In this document: in pieces, positions 8,742-18,078 of the stretch | How the letters are laid out: the number at the start of each line of letters is the position of its first letter | Position numbering within the stretch: the first letter of the stretch is position 1 | Virus record (IMG/VR): IMGVR_UViG_3300010398_000045 | Location: 1-25,131 of that record | Direction: 5' to 3' (one strand) | From: a virus | Taxonomy: Duplodnaviria; Caudoviricetes | DNA: 25,131 bases | Program-made: the position numbers and the translations under genes | Notes under the pieces: generated by a model | Told to the model about the DNA's origin: nothing | Seen by the model: only the letters and a program-made list of their open reading frames with translations | The model's database searches: none

Positions 8742-9599
8742 ATGGCAAACAAGGCTGGCGCCTCACTGCAATGTGCGGCAGTCAGGGTAACGGCACTTGA
8801 TTTTGATGGGTCTCCGTCGCCAGGTAACAACATGTACACCAGCGACCAACTCACCAAGATCGACTTCAACCCAGACATGGAAGCTGGCCAAGAAGTCAGC
8901 AACCGTGGTGCATCAGGCAATCTCTGCGTCGTGTACCGCACACCGGATTTGCTCAAGCGGCTCACGATTGAACTTGAGCTCTGCGTTCCTGATCCTGAGC
9001 TGGAAGTTCTGCTCAGTGGCGGAGATGTTCTGTACAAGGTCAGTGCGCCAACTGATGTTCAAGGCTGGGCATATCCACGTTTGATGACTGACCCAACACC
9101 CAATGGCGTCAGTGTGGAAGCCTGGACGCGATACATCGTTGACGGCGCGCAAGACCCGCAACAGCCATACCTGCATTGGGTTTTCCCACGCATGTATTTG
9201 CGCAAGGGCAACAGGACAATCGACGTCAATGCGATGGCCAACGTCTATGATGGGTATGCAATTGAGAATCCATCATGGGGCGACGGCCCGGCAAATGACT
9301 GGCCGTATGCGAGTGACAAGGTTGTTCAGGCAGCATTCGCATCTGGTTTGCCGGTCATCCAAACAGGCACGATCAAAGTGCCTGGTCCATTGGCGACTGG
9401 TGCTACATCTGGTTCGCCTGGTACTTGGACGCCAACAGGTTCTGGTACGCCAGACAACTTCACCGCGCTGTCGACTGCTGCTCCGGCAATCACTGCTTCA
9501 CCAACGACGCTATGGACATCAGGCCAGTACGTTGTATTGGGCGACGGTTCAAATGCGTACTGGGATGGCAGTGCCTGGCAGCCAGGTGTAGCGCCGTAG
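8742..9599 (+). CDS. Major tail (tube) protein with a C-terminal accessory module
   Basis: Motifs VRVTALDFDGSP, ASGNLCV, LKRLTIELELCVPDPEL, GVSVEAWT, YLHWVFP and NPSWGDGP. SD GAGGAGG upstream. Synteny fits. Confidence 0.8.
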   Translation: MANKAGASLQCAAVRVTALDFDGSPSPGNNMYTSDQLTKIDFNPDMEAGQEVSNRGASGNLCVVYRTPDLLKRLTIELELCVPDPELEVLLSGGDVLYKVSAPTDVQGWAYPRLMTDPTPNGVSVEAWTRYIVDGAQDPQQPYLHWVFPRMYLRKGNRTIDVNAMANVYDGYAIENPSWGDGPANDWPYASDKVVQAAFASGLPVIQTGTIKVPGPLATGATSGSPGTWTPTGSGTPDNFTALSTAAPAITASPTTLWTSGQYVVLGDGSNAYWDGSAWQPGVAP

Positions 9600-9610
9600 G
9601 AGGCAGAACA

Positions 9611-10435
9611 ATGACGACGCCTGTCCTTTGGGCTGATCCAGCAGTCGTGACCACATATCTAGGCAGTGATGCGCCTGCGGCTGGTGATACTGAAGGGCAG
9701 GCGCGTCTCAACGATTCTTGCGTATCTGCGACTGAGATCTTGTATGGCTTGAGTGGTCGGCAATTCCCAGGCATAATTGCTGTGACTGGTTGTCGCCCCA
9801 CATCGCGGCCTGAGCAAGTTACAGACTTTGTCTGGGCGAGCTCATTGCGCAGGATGTACGGATGGGGGTGGGGATATTCATCAAACTGGCTTTGGGGAAC
9901 ATGCGTTGGTTGTCAATACAGCGGTTGCTGTAGTCCATACATGATTGGATTGGGTCGCAGTCCATTGGTTAGCATCGAGCAAGTTACAATCGATGGTACT
10001 GCATTAGCCTCAACAGCATACCGTATTGATGATGCAAAATGGTTGGCGAGGCAGGATGGTCATGGTTGGCCTACGTGTCAGAATCTCGGTGCTCCATTGG
10101 CCGACAAGAACACGTTTGGTATAGACTTCACATTCGGCCAAGACCCACCACAATCGGGCAAAGATGCTGCTACAGTGCTGAGTGCTGAATGGTACAAAGG
10201 TTTGACACCAGCATTAGCAGGCTCATGCGCGTTACCAAAGCGCGTCTCATCCATATCACGACAAGGTGTGACTCTGGCTGTTCTTGATCCAATGGCCTAC
10301 ATTCAGAAAGGATATACAGGTATAGCATCTGTTGACATGTTCATCAAGGCAGCCAATCCCAAGGGCTGGGTCAGAAAGCCCATGGTTTACAGTCCAGATA
10401 CTGTGAACATCGCACGACGGCAAACGTGGCCATAG
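9611..10435 (+). CDS. Head-to-tail adaptor
   Basis: Motifs ATEILYGLSGRQF, a Cys cluster, WLARQDG..WPTCQ, CALPKRVSSISRQGVT and TGIASVDMFI..NP. ATG 9611 follows AGGAGG; the longer ORF-track start (9425) would overlap the tail gene. Confidence 0.8.
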   Translation: MTTPVLWADPAVVTTYLGSDAPAAGDTEGQARLNDSCVSATEILYGLSGRQFPGIIAVTGCRPTSRPEQVTDFVWASSLRRMYGWGWGYSSNWLWGTCVGCQYSGCCSPYMIGLGRSPLVSIEQVTIDGTALASTAYRIDDAKWLARQDGHGWPTCQNLGAPLADKNTFGIDFTFGQDPPQSGKDAATVLSAEWYKGLTPALAGSCALPKRVSSISRQGVTLAVLDPMAYIQKGYTGIASVDMFIKAANPKGWVRKPMVYSPDTVNIARRQTWP

Positions 10436-10443
10436 GAGGACAA

Positions 10444-10710
10444 ATGCCACCTCGTCAACGCAGGCTCGCAGCATATGCGGGTACGTCGGAAGGTCAGCCG
10501 CAGCTGGATGTCGATGAACTCCAGAAGTCTCTGGATGCTCATCAGGAGCAGTATCGCATCCAGGCTGACGCCAATGCTGAAGCAGCGGCGAACAGTGCGG
10601 CGTCTGGCTCAGGTATTCCAGCTGAAGGTCTGCCGACGCTGGATGACTCAACACCATCAGCGTCGCCTGGAAGTAAGGCCAAGCCGGCAAAGGCAACAAG
10701 CAACGCCTGA
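10444..10710 (+). CDS. Hypothetical low-complexity protein (88 aa)
   Basis: GGAGGA (10435-10440) precedes ATG 10444. The ORF fills the gap between connector genes. Confidence 0.65.
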   Translation: MPPRQRRLAAYAGTSEGQPQLDVDELQKSLDAHQEQYRIQADANAEAAANSAASGSGIPAEGLPTLDDSTPSASPGSKAKPAKATSNA

Positions 10711-10728
10711 GTCGATTCTGGGGGCAAC

Positions 10729-11232
10729 ATGGACATCTACGGTGCAGCGACAAAATTGCTGGACCTGGTTAAGCAGCAATTGACGACTGCTGGGGTTGTC
10801 TTGCCTGACAGAGTCTATGTTGCCCCTGGTGTTGACTTAGCACTTGACTGCGAACAATTGACCGTACACCTATCCCGCATTATCTCCAATTTCCAAGGAC
10901 AAGATACGCCATATCCAGTTATGACTCACAAGCTACTGCGCAAATCTGCTGAATTCTATGTCACATTAGCGCGCTGTGTACCGTCAATGAATGATGATGG
11001 TTCACCACCGCCAGTTGCTGATATGGATGCTGCAGCTAGCGTAGTCATGAAGGATATGAGAGAACTTCGCAGAGCGCTCGAACAAATTGAGCATCAGCAT
11101 TTGATGATGCCTATCAATGTGCCTGTGACAATTGGCCCAGCGACAACAATAGGGCCATTAGGCGGCATTGCGGCATCACAAGTTTCATACACCTGCGAAT
11201 TCACAGATGCTGCTGGCGGGTGGGTGGGGTAA
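10729..11232 (+). CDS. Putative tail terminator / head-tail connector protein
   Basis: 167 aa with DCEQLTV, VTLARCVP..G.PP and GPLGGIAA motifs. Position in the connector block supports the call. Confidence 0.6.
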   Translation: MDIYGAATKLLDLVKQQLTTAGVVLPDRVYVAPGVDLALDCEQLTVHLSRIISNFQGQDTPYPVMTHKLLRKSAEFYVTLARCVPSMNDDGSPPPVADMDAAASVVMKDMRELRRALEQIEHQHLMMPINVPVTIGPATTIGPLGGIAASQVSYTCEFTDAAGGWVG

Positions 11233-11664
11233 ATGGCTGGCGGCGTTGAAGTCAAATTTGTAATTGATAATGCAGCACTCAATGGCTTGCTGCGAGGTCC
11301 AAGCGGGCCTGTATACATCAACATGCTTAAGCGTGCTGATATACTCCAACGTGCTGCTAAGGCACAAATACCGATTGGACAAGATGTACCGCGGACCAGT
11401 CGAGGCCATTTGAAGAATAGCGTCGTCAAACGCATTTATCCAAATACAACTGGTGAAATATTGATGGAGATTTGGGTTGGTAGTGATCATCCAAATGCTT
11501 TGCTTCATCATAATGGCACCAGACCGCATCCTATTGAACCAAAATACGCAAAAGTATTGCGGTTTGATTATGGAGGCGATATTGTATTTGCGATGTTTGT
11601 ACATCATCCAGGTACAGCACCAAACCCATTCTTAACGGACAATTTGCCTCTAGTCACAGCATAG
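11233..11664 (+). CDS. Putative neck / tail-completion protein (HK97 gp10-like)
   Basis: Motifs RGHLKNS, ALLHHNGTRPHPIEP and VHHPGTAPNPFL. Confidence 0.7.
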   Translation: MAGGVEVKFVIDNAALNGLLRGPSGPVYINMLKRADILQRAAKAQIPIGQDVPRTSRGHLKNSVVKRIYPNTTGEILMEIWVGSDHPNALLHHNGTRPHPIEPKYAKVLRFDYGGDIVFAMFVHHPGTAPNPFLTDNLPLVTA

Positions 11665-11673
11665 GAGACAAGC

Positions 11674-12048
11674 ATGCCTACCAAGCAATTTAAGTCAAAG
11701 CGTGATGCGCGGCCACCGCTTGACTTTGAGCTTGTCTATGAGAAGAAAATTGCTGGCGAATGGGTTGAACAAACAGGCAAATTCAGAGCACGACCAAGTG
11801 TGCCTGGTACGACATTACTGCGCATTGCACGAGCAATGAAGAAAGGTCGCGGTGATGATGTTGAGGCAATAGGAATGGCTGCTAGTGAACTCATAGAATT
11901 GCTCGAACAAGCAATTCTGCCTGAAGACAAAATTGAGTTCTTTGCTGTACTTGATGATCCTGATACAGCCATTCAAATTGAGACATTAGGAGAGATTCTT
12001 GAATGGCTTTCTGAGGAGTATGCTGAAAACCCTACGCAAAAGCCATAG
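11674..12048 (+). CDS. Tail assembly chaperone (gpG-like)
   Basis: Acidic 124-aa ORF two genes before the tape measure, ending EWLSEEYAENPTQKP. SD AGGAG upstream. Confidence 0.8.
   Translation: MPTKQFKSKRDARPPLDFELVYEKKIAGEWVEQTGKFRARPSVPGTTLLRIARAMKKGRGDDVEAIGMAASELIELLEQAILPEDKIEFFAVLDDPDTAIQIETLGEILEWLSEEYAENPTQKP
12027..12033 (+). other. Predicted -1 programmed ribosomal frameshift site (A AAC CCT)
   Basis: In-frame X XXY YYZ heptamer. The -1 frame has TGA at 12024-12026 immediately before it and then stays open to 12365. Confidence 0.7.
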
Positions 12049-12365
12049 CATTATTGCTATGGGCTGAGTTAAATTGGTCTGATTTTGAAGGTCAATTGAT
12101 ATTGGCTGGTGTTGATTGGAGTGAACTTGACGGAGCAGAATTGGTGAATGTCATTTACACTACAATGGTGAATGATATCACTAATATTGAAACTCCAAGA
12201 GGCGAGGCACGCAAAATACTCGATGAAAGACTTGATGAAGTTGATAGACAATACAAGCTACAGAAGGGTATCAAGCCAGAACCTGAGCCATTTGTTATGT
12301 CATCAAGTATGATAGCACAAATGGGAATACCAATACACAAACCTCCTCCACCTGATAAGGTTTGA
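12027..12365 (+). CDS. Tail assembly chaperone extension (gpT-like), likely made as a frameshift fusion
   Basis: ORF in the -1 frame overlapping the chaperone end, with only a TTG start (12054) lacking an SD. It ends 4 nt before the tape measure gene. Confidence 0.7.
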   Translation, partial: KPYAKAIALLLWAELNWSDFEGQLILAGVDWSELDGAELVNVIYTTMVNDITNIETPRGEARKILDERLDEVDRQYKLQKGIKPEPEPFVMSSSMIAQMGIPIHKPPPPDKV

Positions 12366-12369
12366 GGCA

Positions 12370-14748
12370 ATGACGGTCGTTGGTGAAGCGTTTGTACGCT
12401 TCAAGGCAATAGACGACATCACACCTGCTTTAACAGGGGTGGGTCAAAAGGCTGAGGCAGCAGCAGGTCAAGCTGCTGAAAAGACTTCTGGTCGATTCCG
12501 TGCAGCAATGCGCTCAATGGTCGGCACGCTTTCCTCGGCATTCGGTCCCGCATTCGAGCCAATCCAAGAAGTCATGGACAAATTGGATGGTATTGGAGCG
12601 GCAGCGCAGAATATGCGCAATCGTGTTGGCAAGTCACTGCTTGGTATTGGTGGTGCAGCGACTGCTACAGGCGTGTTGTTGACGACCATGGGTGACAAAG
12701 ACAAAATCTCCATGTCTCAACTTCAAAAAGCAGTTGAGAATGCCGGTGGTCAATGGAGTAAATATCGTGAGGAGACTGAGAAGACTGTCAAGCATGAAGA
12801 GCATTATGGTCATACTGCTCAGTCGACTGCTGGTGCGTTGAATGTACTGATTACTCGCACAGGCAAAATTGAAGAGTCGTACAAGAACATGTCGCTAGTG
12901 ACTGATCTTGCGGCCAATAAGCATATCAGTCTGAGCGCTGCTGCCGGCATTGTTGCACGTGTGATGAATGGTAATACACGTGTATTGAAGCAGTACGGTA
13001 TTGACCAAGCTGCTATTAACAAGCTCACAGATACTGCTGGTAAAAAGGCTAAAGAACATGCAATGACTTTGTTGCAAGAACAAGATGCAACAAATAAGGC
13101 TCGCATCATGACGTTGAAGGAAAAGGATGCGGCAATACAAGCAACGTTAGCAACAACAAAAGACAAGGATGAGCGCGCAAAGTTGCATGCAGTATTGGCG
13201 AAGGATAGGCTTGAACGTCAGAAGCTGACCGATGCCATTTCACGCAATAAGGAGAAAGAGAAGGAACTCAAGGACGAGATCAAGAATTCAACTGATGCAC
13301 ATGCTAAGGGTGCAGCTGCTGTAGAATTGCTTGCTAAGAAGATGAAGGGTCAAGCAGATGTAGCAGCTGATTCATTCACAGGCAAAATGAAAGAAGCACG
13401 TGCGAAGGTTGAAGATTTCATTGCAACTTGGGGCCAGAGACTGGGGCCGGCAATCACAGCTGCTGGCCCAATTCTAATGGGTGTCGGCGCAATCATCGAA
13501 TCTGGGATTATTGGTAAACTTGGTAAGGCTGTTCAAACGGTCGGCAAATTTATCAGTATCCAAAGGATTGCTGCGGTAGCCACTAGAGTTTGGGCAGCTG
13601 CGCAATGGGTGCTTGATGCGGCAATGGATGCCTTTGGTGGTCCAATTCTTTTGATCATTATCGCCATTGGCGCATTGGTTGCGGCTGTTGTTCTGGCATA
13701 CATGAAATTCAAACCATTCCGTGAGATTGTCAATGCGATTGGTCGTGAGATCAAAACAATCTTCTTGACTGCGGTCCATGCTGTAATAGCAGCATTCAGA
13801 TGGCTCATCGGTGCATTTGAAGCAGTTTGGAAGACGGTTTGGAATATTGTCAAGCGATATGGCATTTTCATCCTTGCGGCAGTAGCACCATTCATCGGCA
13901 TTCCATTGATCATCATGCGGTACTGGAAGCAGATCATTGGATTCTTCAGATCAATGTGGTCTACTGTCGCATCAACGTTCAGTCACTTTGTCCAGACGAT
14001 TCTGAATTTCATTCGCAATCTCTGGACAACTGCCGTCAGCTTTGTCAGACGCATGATCAGTGACATTGTTGGGTTCTTTGCTAGTCTGCCTGGTAGAGCA
14101 GCATCTGCTATTGGCAGCATTGTAGGCAGAGTTGTTGGAATCATTTCAAACATGGCGCGCAACGCAGTCAGTGCAGTGAGGAACTTTGTCAGCAATGCAG
14201 CAAGTGCTGCAGGTCAATTGATCGGCAAAGTTGCTTCAGCATTAGGCGGATTGGCTGGTACAGTCAGAAGCAAAATCAGCGGTGCATTCAGCAATGTCAA
14301 GAACATGATTACTGGTGCATTTAGCGGCGCTGCTGGTTGGTTAGTTGACGCAGGCAGACAAGTTATCGATGGCTTAGTCAATGGCATACAAGGTGCAATT
14401 GGCAAGCTTACAAGTGCTGTAGGCAAAATTGGTGGATTGATCAAACATATCAAAGGTCCAAAGGAGAAAGACCTTGTATTGCTGAGTGAAGAAGGCCAGG
14501 CAATCATGACTGGTCTGATCAATGGCATCAATAGCAGGATGCCGCATTTGCATGGTGCACTGCGAAATGTAACAAAGAATATCAAGCTTGGGCCAACAGA
14601 TCTTGGTGCCAGAGTTCCTACTGGTGCGCCTGCGGGAATCGGCAATATCTACAATCTGTTCCCAAATGCGACAATTCATATGGCTGAGGAAAGCCCACAG
14701 GCGTTGGCTGATCGTTTGAAGTTTGCGATCCAAGCGAGCAGGATGTAA
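12370..14748 (+). CDS. Tape measure protein (792 aa)
   Basis: Starts VVGEAFV. Ala/Gly-rich and helical, with hydrophobic segments, W/F-periodic repeats and the C-terminal LVDAGRQVIDGLVNGI..KGP..GQAIMTGLINGI motif. Confidence 0.93.
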   Translation: MTVVGEAFVRFKAIDDITPALTGVGQKAEAAAGQAAEKTSGRFRAAMRSMVGTLSSAFGPAFEPIQEVMDKLDGIGAAAQNMRNRVGKSLLGIGGAATATGVLLTTMGDKDKISMSQLQKAVENAGGQWSKYREETEKTVKHEEHYGHTAQSTAGALNVLITRTGKIEESYKNMSLVTDLAANKHISLSAAAGIVARVMNGNTRVLKQYGIDQAAINKLTDTAGKKAKEHAMTLLQEQDATNKARIMTLKEKDAAIQATLATTKDKDERAKLHAVLAKDRLERQKLTDAISRNKEKEKELKDEIKNSTDAHAKGAAAVELLAKKMKGQADVAADSFTGKMKEARAKVEDFIATWGQRLGPAITAAGPILMGVGAIIESGIIGKLGKAVQTVGKFISIQRIAAVATRVWAAAQWVLDAAMDAFGGPILLIIIAIGALVAAVVLAYMKFKPFREIVNAIGREIKTIFLTAVHAVIAAFRWLIGAFEAVWKTVWNIVKRYGIFILAAVAPFIGIPLIIMRYWKQIIGFFRSMWSTVASTFSHFVQTILNFIRNLWTTAVSFVRRMISDIVGFFASLPGRAASAIGSIVGRVVGIISNMARNAVSAVRNFVSNAASAAGQLIGKVASALGGLAGTVRSKISGAFSNVKNMITGAFSGAAGWLVDAGRQVIDGLVNGIQGAIGKLTSAVGKIGGLIKHIKGPKEKDLVLLSEEGQAIMTGLINGINSRMPHLHGALRNVTKNIKLGPTDLGARVPTGAPAGIGNIYNLFPNATIHMAEESPQALADRLKFAIQASRM

Positions 14749-14750
14749 TT

Positions 14751-15653
14751 ATGGCGACAACTGCGCGGCTTGTAGATGAAATAACTGGCGAGTCAATTCA
14801 ACTTGAATATGACGACAATGATCCACAATGGTGTATCGGGCCAGTTATCACACAGTCAATTGACTATGGCTTTGCTGCACCGCGCGTCGTACAAAGCAAC
14901 ATTCCTGCTGCTAATGGCACCCAAGATTTGACGCAATTCCATGCAGACAAGACAGTCACATGGCAGGGATGGATAAAGCCGACAGACGATAGCCCATTCC
15001 CGCAATTGATATGGGACAAGATACGTGGACTTTGTGCACCAAACAGACGTCCATGGCTATATGCGTCGGAAGAAGGATGGAATACAGAACGCAGAATGAC
15101 ATTGCGTGCTGATTCTGTTACATCGCCATTTGATCGTGCACTTGGTCCAATAATTGTTGCTGGTTGTGTTTGGAAGGTTCCATCTGGTGTGATGGAATCT
15201 GCTGATCTCCACCAGCAGCAAATACTGATTGGTGGCGCGACTGGTGGTTATTGCATCACAAAGACTGGCTTTTGTATTACTGGTGCAAATGGTCTTTGTC
15301 TTGCTGGCGGTCAATTCGGTGGCGCTACAAATGTGTACAATAATGGAACTGTAACAACGTATCCATTCATCACGTTTACAGGGCCTGCGAAGAATCCACG
15401 AGTGATTAATATTCAATCGAAATTGGGTATTTATCTCAATACAACATTGTCGCCTAATCAGTTAGTCGTCATTGATAATCGACTGAAGAATGTATATGAA
15501 CCGGCCCAACCAACACCAATCAACCGTTTGAGCTGGTATGACTTTACAAGATCGTCATGGTTGACGCTTGAGCAAGGTGCAAATCCATTTTCATATTATT
15601 CTGATGATGGACTTGGAACATGTTCGTTCTCATGGCGGGATAGGTGGACGTAA
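14751..15653 (+). CDS. Distal tail (Dit-like) minor tail protein
   Basis: Follows the tape measure. Motifs VYNNGTVTTYPFITFTGPAKNPRV, LVVIDN, WLTLEQGAN and terminal WRDRW. Confidence 0.8.
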   Translation: MATTARLVDEITGESIQLEYDDNDPQWCIGPVITQSIDYGFAAPRVVQSNIPAANGTQDLTQFHADKTVTWQGWIKPTDDSPFPQLIWDKIRGLCAPNRRPWLYASEEGWNTERRMTLRADSVTSPFDRALGPIIVAGCVWKVPSGVMESADLHQQQILIGGATGGYCITKTGFCITGANGLCLAGGQFGGATNVYNNGTVTTYPFITFTGPAKNPRVINIQSKLGIYLNTTLSPNQLVVIDNRLKNVYEPAQPTPINRLSWYDFTRSSWLTLEQGANPFSYYSDDGLGTCSFSWRDRWT

Positions 15654-16615
15654 TGAGTGCTCCTGTTACTCATGGTGATTCAAATGTGCTGTACTTTCAG
15701 CCAACGACTGATGTTGCTGATCCAGCGCAAATTTGTTTGACAGGTGCTGATCTGCGGTTGCTCATTGCGACCGTATTCCCATCCCCTGGCGTATTGTCGC
15801 TCAATGATTGGACAATTACTGCGCAAAACAGCGCCATTTTGAATATTGGTGTTGGCTCTGCAGTTGTTGCTGGAAATACTGCTGCTGAGCAACGCAGTTA
15901 CATCGCCAGGAATACAGCTGGGAAGACAATTCAACCACCTGGACCGCCAACAACAAACAACAGATATGACTTGATCTATCTGAAGATACATGACGGTCAG
16001 ATTCTGCTTGACCATTTGTATGAGTGGCAAGTGAGTTGCGTTTCAGGTGCTGAAGCATCTACGCCTGCTGTGCCTGCGTTGCCTGCTGATTCAATTGCGT
16101 TGGCTGCTGTCATTCGTCGGCCTGGCGCAGCAAACATCGCGCCTGCTGATATTACAGATGTGCGCTCAGTTGCTTTGCTGCCATCGCAACCACAAAGTCA
16201 GAAATATTGGAAGTCAGAAACTACATCCAGCAGTGCTACATTCACCACAACAGAGGCTCGTGATACAACAGTTCCAGTGCTAGTGGTGAATGTTACAAAT
16301 GCCGCAACTATATACAGAATCAGAATGGTCCAGCAAGTTAGCAGCAATACTGCTGATCGTACAGTCATAGCGTATGTACGTGATAGTGGTAGTACAGCAA
16401 CACCAACGACAACCAGCACAGCAGTTGCACAAGGCAATAGAACATGCCGCCTTGCGAACACTGGTGATTCATTGATATATCAAACTGATACGACATTAGC
16501 AGTTGGAACACATACATTTGCGCCATTCAACAAGCTTCTGTCTGGTACTGGAACTGGTACAGCATCTGCAAACACAGTTGCAAAGAAGCAATTGACTGTT
16601 GAGGTTGTTGGGTAA
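15653..16615 (+). CDS. Minor tail protein
   Basis: TAATG coupling at 15651-15655. N-terminal RYDLIYLKIHD..PAVPALPADSIALAAV..ITDVR motif and a Thr-rich beta C-terminal domain. Confidence 0.75.
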   Translation: MSAPVTHGDSNVLYFQPTTDVADPAQICLTGADLRLLIATVFPSPGVLSLNDWTITAQNSAILNIGVGSAVVAGNTAAEQRSYIARNTAGKTIQPPGPPTTNNRYDLIYLKIHDGQILLDHLYEWQVSCVSGAEASTPAVPALPADSIALAAVIRRPGAANIAPADITDVRSVALLPSQPQSQKYWKSETTSSSATFTTTEARDTTVPVLVVNVTNAATIYRIRMVQQVSSNTADRTVIAYVRDSGSTATPTTTSTAVAQGNRTCRLANTGDSLIYQTDTTLAVGTHTFAPFNKLLSGTGTGTASANTVAKKQLTVEVVG

Positions 16616-16617
16616 TA

Positions 16618-17781
16618 ATGCTTGATGATGATATGCTGGCTCTCTTGGCCTCTCCCGCAAGACCCAATGGGAATGGCCCAATTGTTGTGCCTGAATTATC
16701 AGTGCCACCAGCAAAAACACCAGTCAAGACGCCATGGCAATTGGTTTGCGGTCAAAACAATGTTGGTCCAACGTATGAATTAGCCAATGCAAAAAGTATC
16801 TCATTGAATTGGCATGTTGACGATTCAGGATTCCTACAATTCAATATTGATGGAAATGATCCTGCTGTTCAATACATTCAAGAGTTGGTAACAGATATTT
16901 GGATGTATAAGAATGGCATTCTCATTGATCGATTCCGCGTTGGTTCTGCTACAGATACGCTTGATGGTGAGGCTGATACATATGATCTTCAAATCAATGC
17001 ATTCAATTATCGTGAGTGGCTAAAACGACAATTACTACAACCAAGTAAGGTTTGGTCATATCGCAATAGAACACAAGCATACATCATTAATGATTTATAC
17101 AATAATGTGATTGCGGGGCAGTCTGGGATACATCCAACGTTCACGATTGATACATCGAAGATGCCGACATCGACGGTCAACTTTGATACAACGCCTGGTA
17201 CGTCTGTGAATGAAGTAATTGGTGTCATGTCAGGCTTTGGGTGGCAAGTATTTCCCAATAGCACAATGGGTTTGACATTGAGAGCTGTTGCTTCATTCTA
17301 CTACAATTTGAATCCCAATTTTGTGTTGCAATATGGTAGCACGGTTTCAAAGGTGCAACGCTCATACGATACTGCATCGTATGGTAATTCATCAGTTTTC
17401 ACTGGTGATATGAGCTTGACTCCAATTCAGTCAGATGCAACAGGCATTGCCACTATGCCCCAAGGTCGATTGGGTACAACAGGTTCAGATTCAAACATCA
17501 AAGACACTGCTCATCTTTCCAAGGCAGCTGCTGATGATGCGACAAGATCGCAAAGTGTTGTACCAACTTGGCAATGTACAATTGCGCTTGGTGCATGGAC
17601 TAGTCCATCCGATGCTTGGATTGGTGATATTTGTAAATTCATTTGCCAGAAAGGCACCAGAATCAATATCAATGATCAGTATCGCATCACTGATCTGTCT
17701 ATTGCGGTGAATGAGGATTCAACCGTAGCAGATGGCGTTGATATTACAGTTGCAAAACCTCCATATATTCCATCGAGTTAG
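16618..17781 (+). CDS. Minor tail protein (baseplate hub / Tal-like)
   Basis: 387 aa, beta-rich. Motifs ELVTDIWMYKNG, LQYGSTVSKVQRS..YGN and WIGDIC..YRITDLSI. Confidence 0.7.
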   Translation: MLDDDMLALLASPARPNGNGPIVVPELSVPPAKTPVKTPWQLVCGQNNVGPTYELANAKSISLNWHVDDSGFLQFNIDGNDPAVQYIQELVTDIWMYKNGILIDRFRVGSATDTLDGEADTYDLQINAFNYREWLKRQLLQPSKVWSYRNRTQAYIINDLYNNVIAGQSGIHPTFTIDTSKMPTSTVNFDTTPGTSVNEVIGVMSGFGWQVFPNSTMGLTLRAVASFYYNLNPNFVLQYGSTVSKVQRSYDTASYGNSSVFTGDMSLTPIQSDATGIATMPQGRLGTTGSDSNIKDTAHLSKAAADDATRSQSVVPTWQCTIALGAWTSPSDAWIGDICKFICQKGTRININDQYRITDLSIAVNEDSTVADGVDITVAKPPYIPSS

Positions 17782-17793
17782 GATGTAATATGA

Positions 17794-18078
17794 ATGGATG
17801 TTGCCGAACTGAGTCTGGTTGCATTTGTTGCCGGTGTTGCAGGGGTGATCACGGCAATCGGTGGCGTACTGTTGGCAATTCGCAGCGTTCGTTCCAAGGA
17901 ACGACAAGCGGCCAAGCAAGAGATAGACCAACTTAGTGGCATGCTATCTGAGGCACGCGATGGCCGCATAGCCGCAGAGATGAGAGTTCATGAATTGGAA
18001 TTGATAATGGTCAAGGAAGGCATTGCGATACCACAACAAAGGGTGAGTCGACATGGACGCGACGAATCTAGCAGCTAA
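17794..18078 (+). CDS. Small membrane protein (one N-terminal TM plus coiled coil; possible holin or lysis accessory)
   Basis: Hydrophobic LSLVAFVAGVAGVITAIGGVLLAI followed by a charged heptad-like tail. Confidence 0.6.
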   Translation: MDVAELSLVAFVAGVAGVITAIGGVLLAIRSVRSKERQAAKQEIDQLSGMLSEARDGRIAAEMRVHELELIMVKEGIAIPQQRVSRHGRDESSS

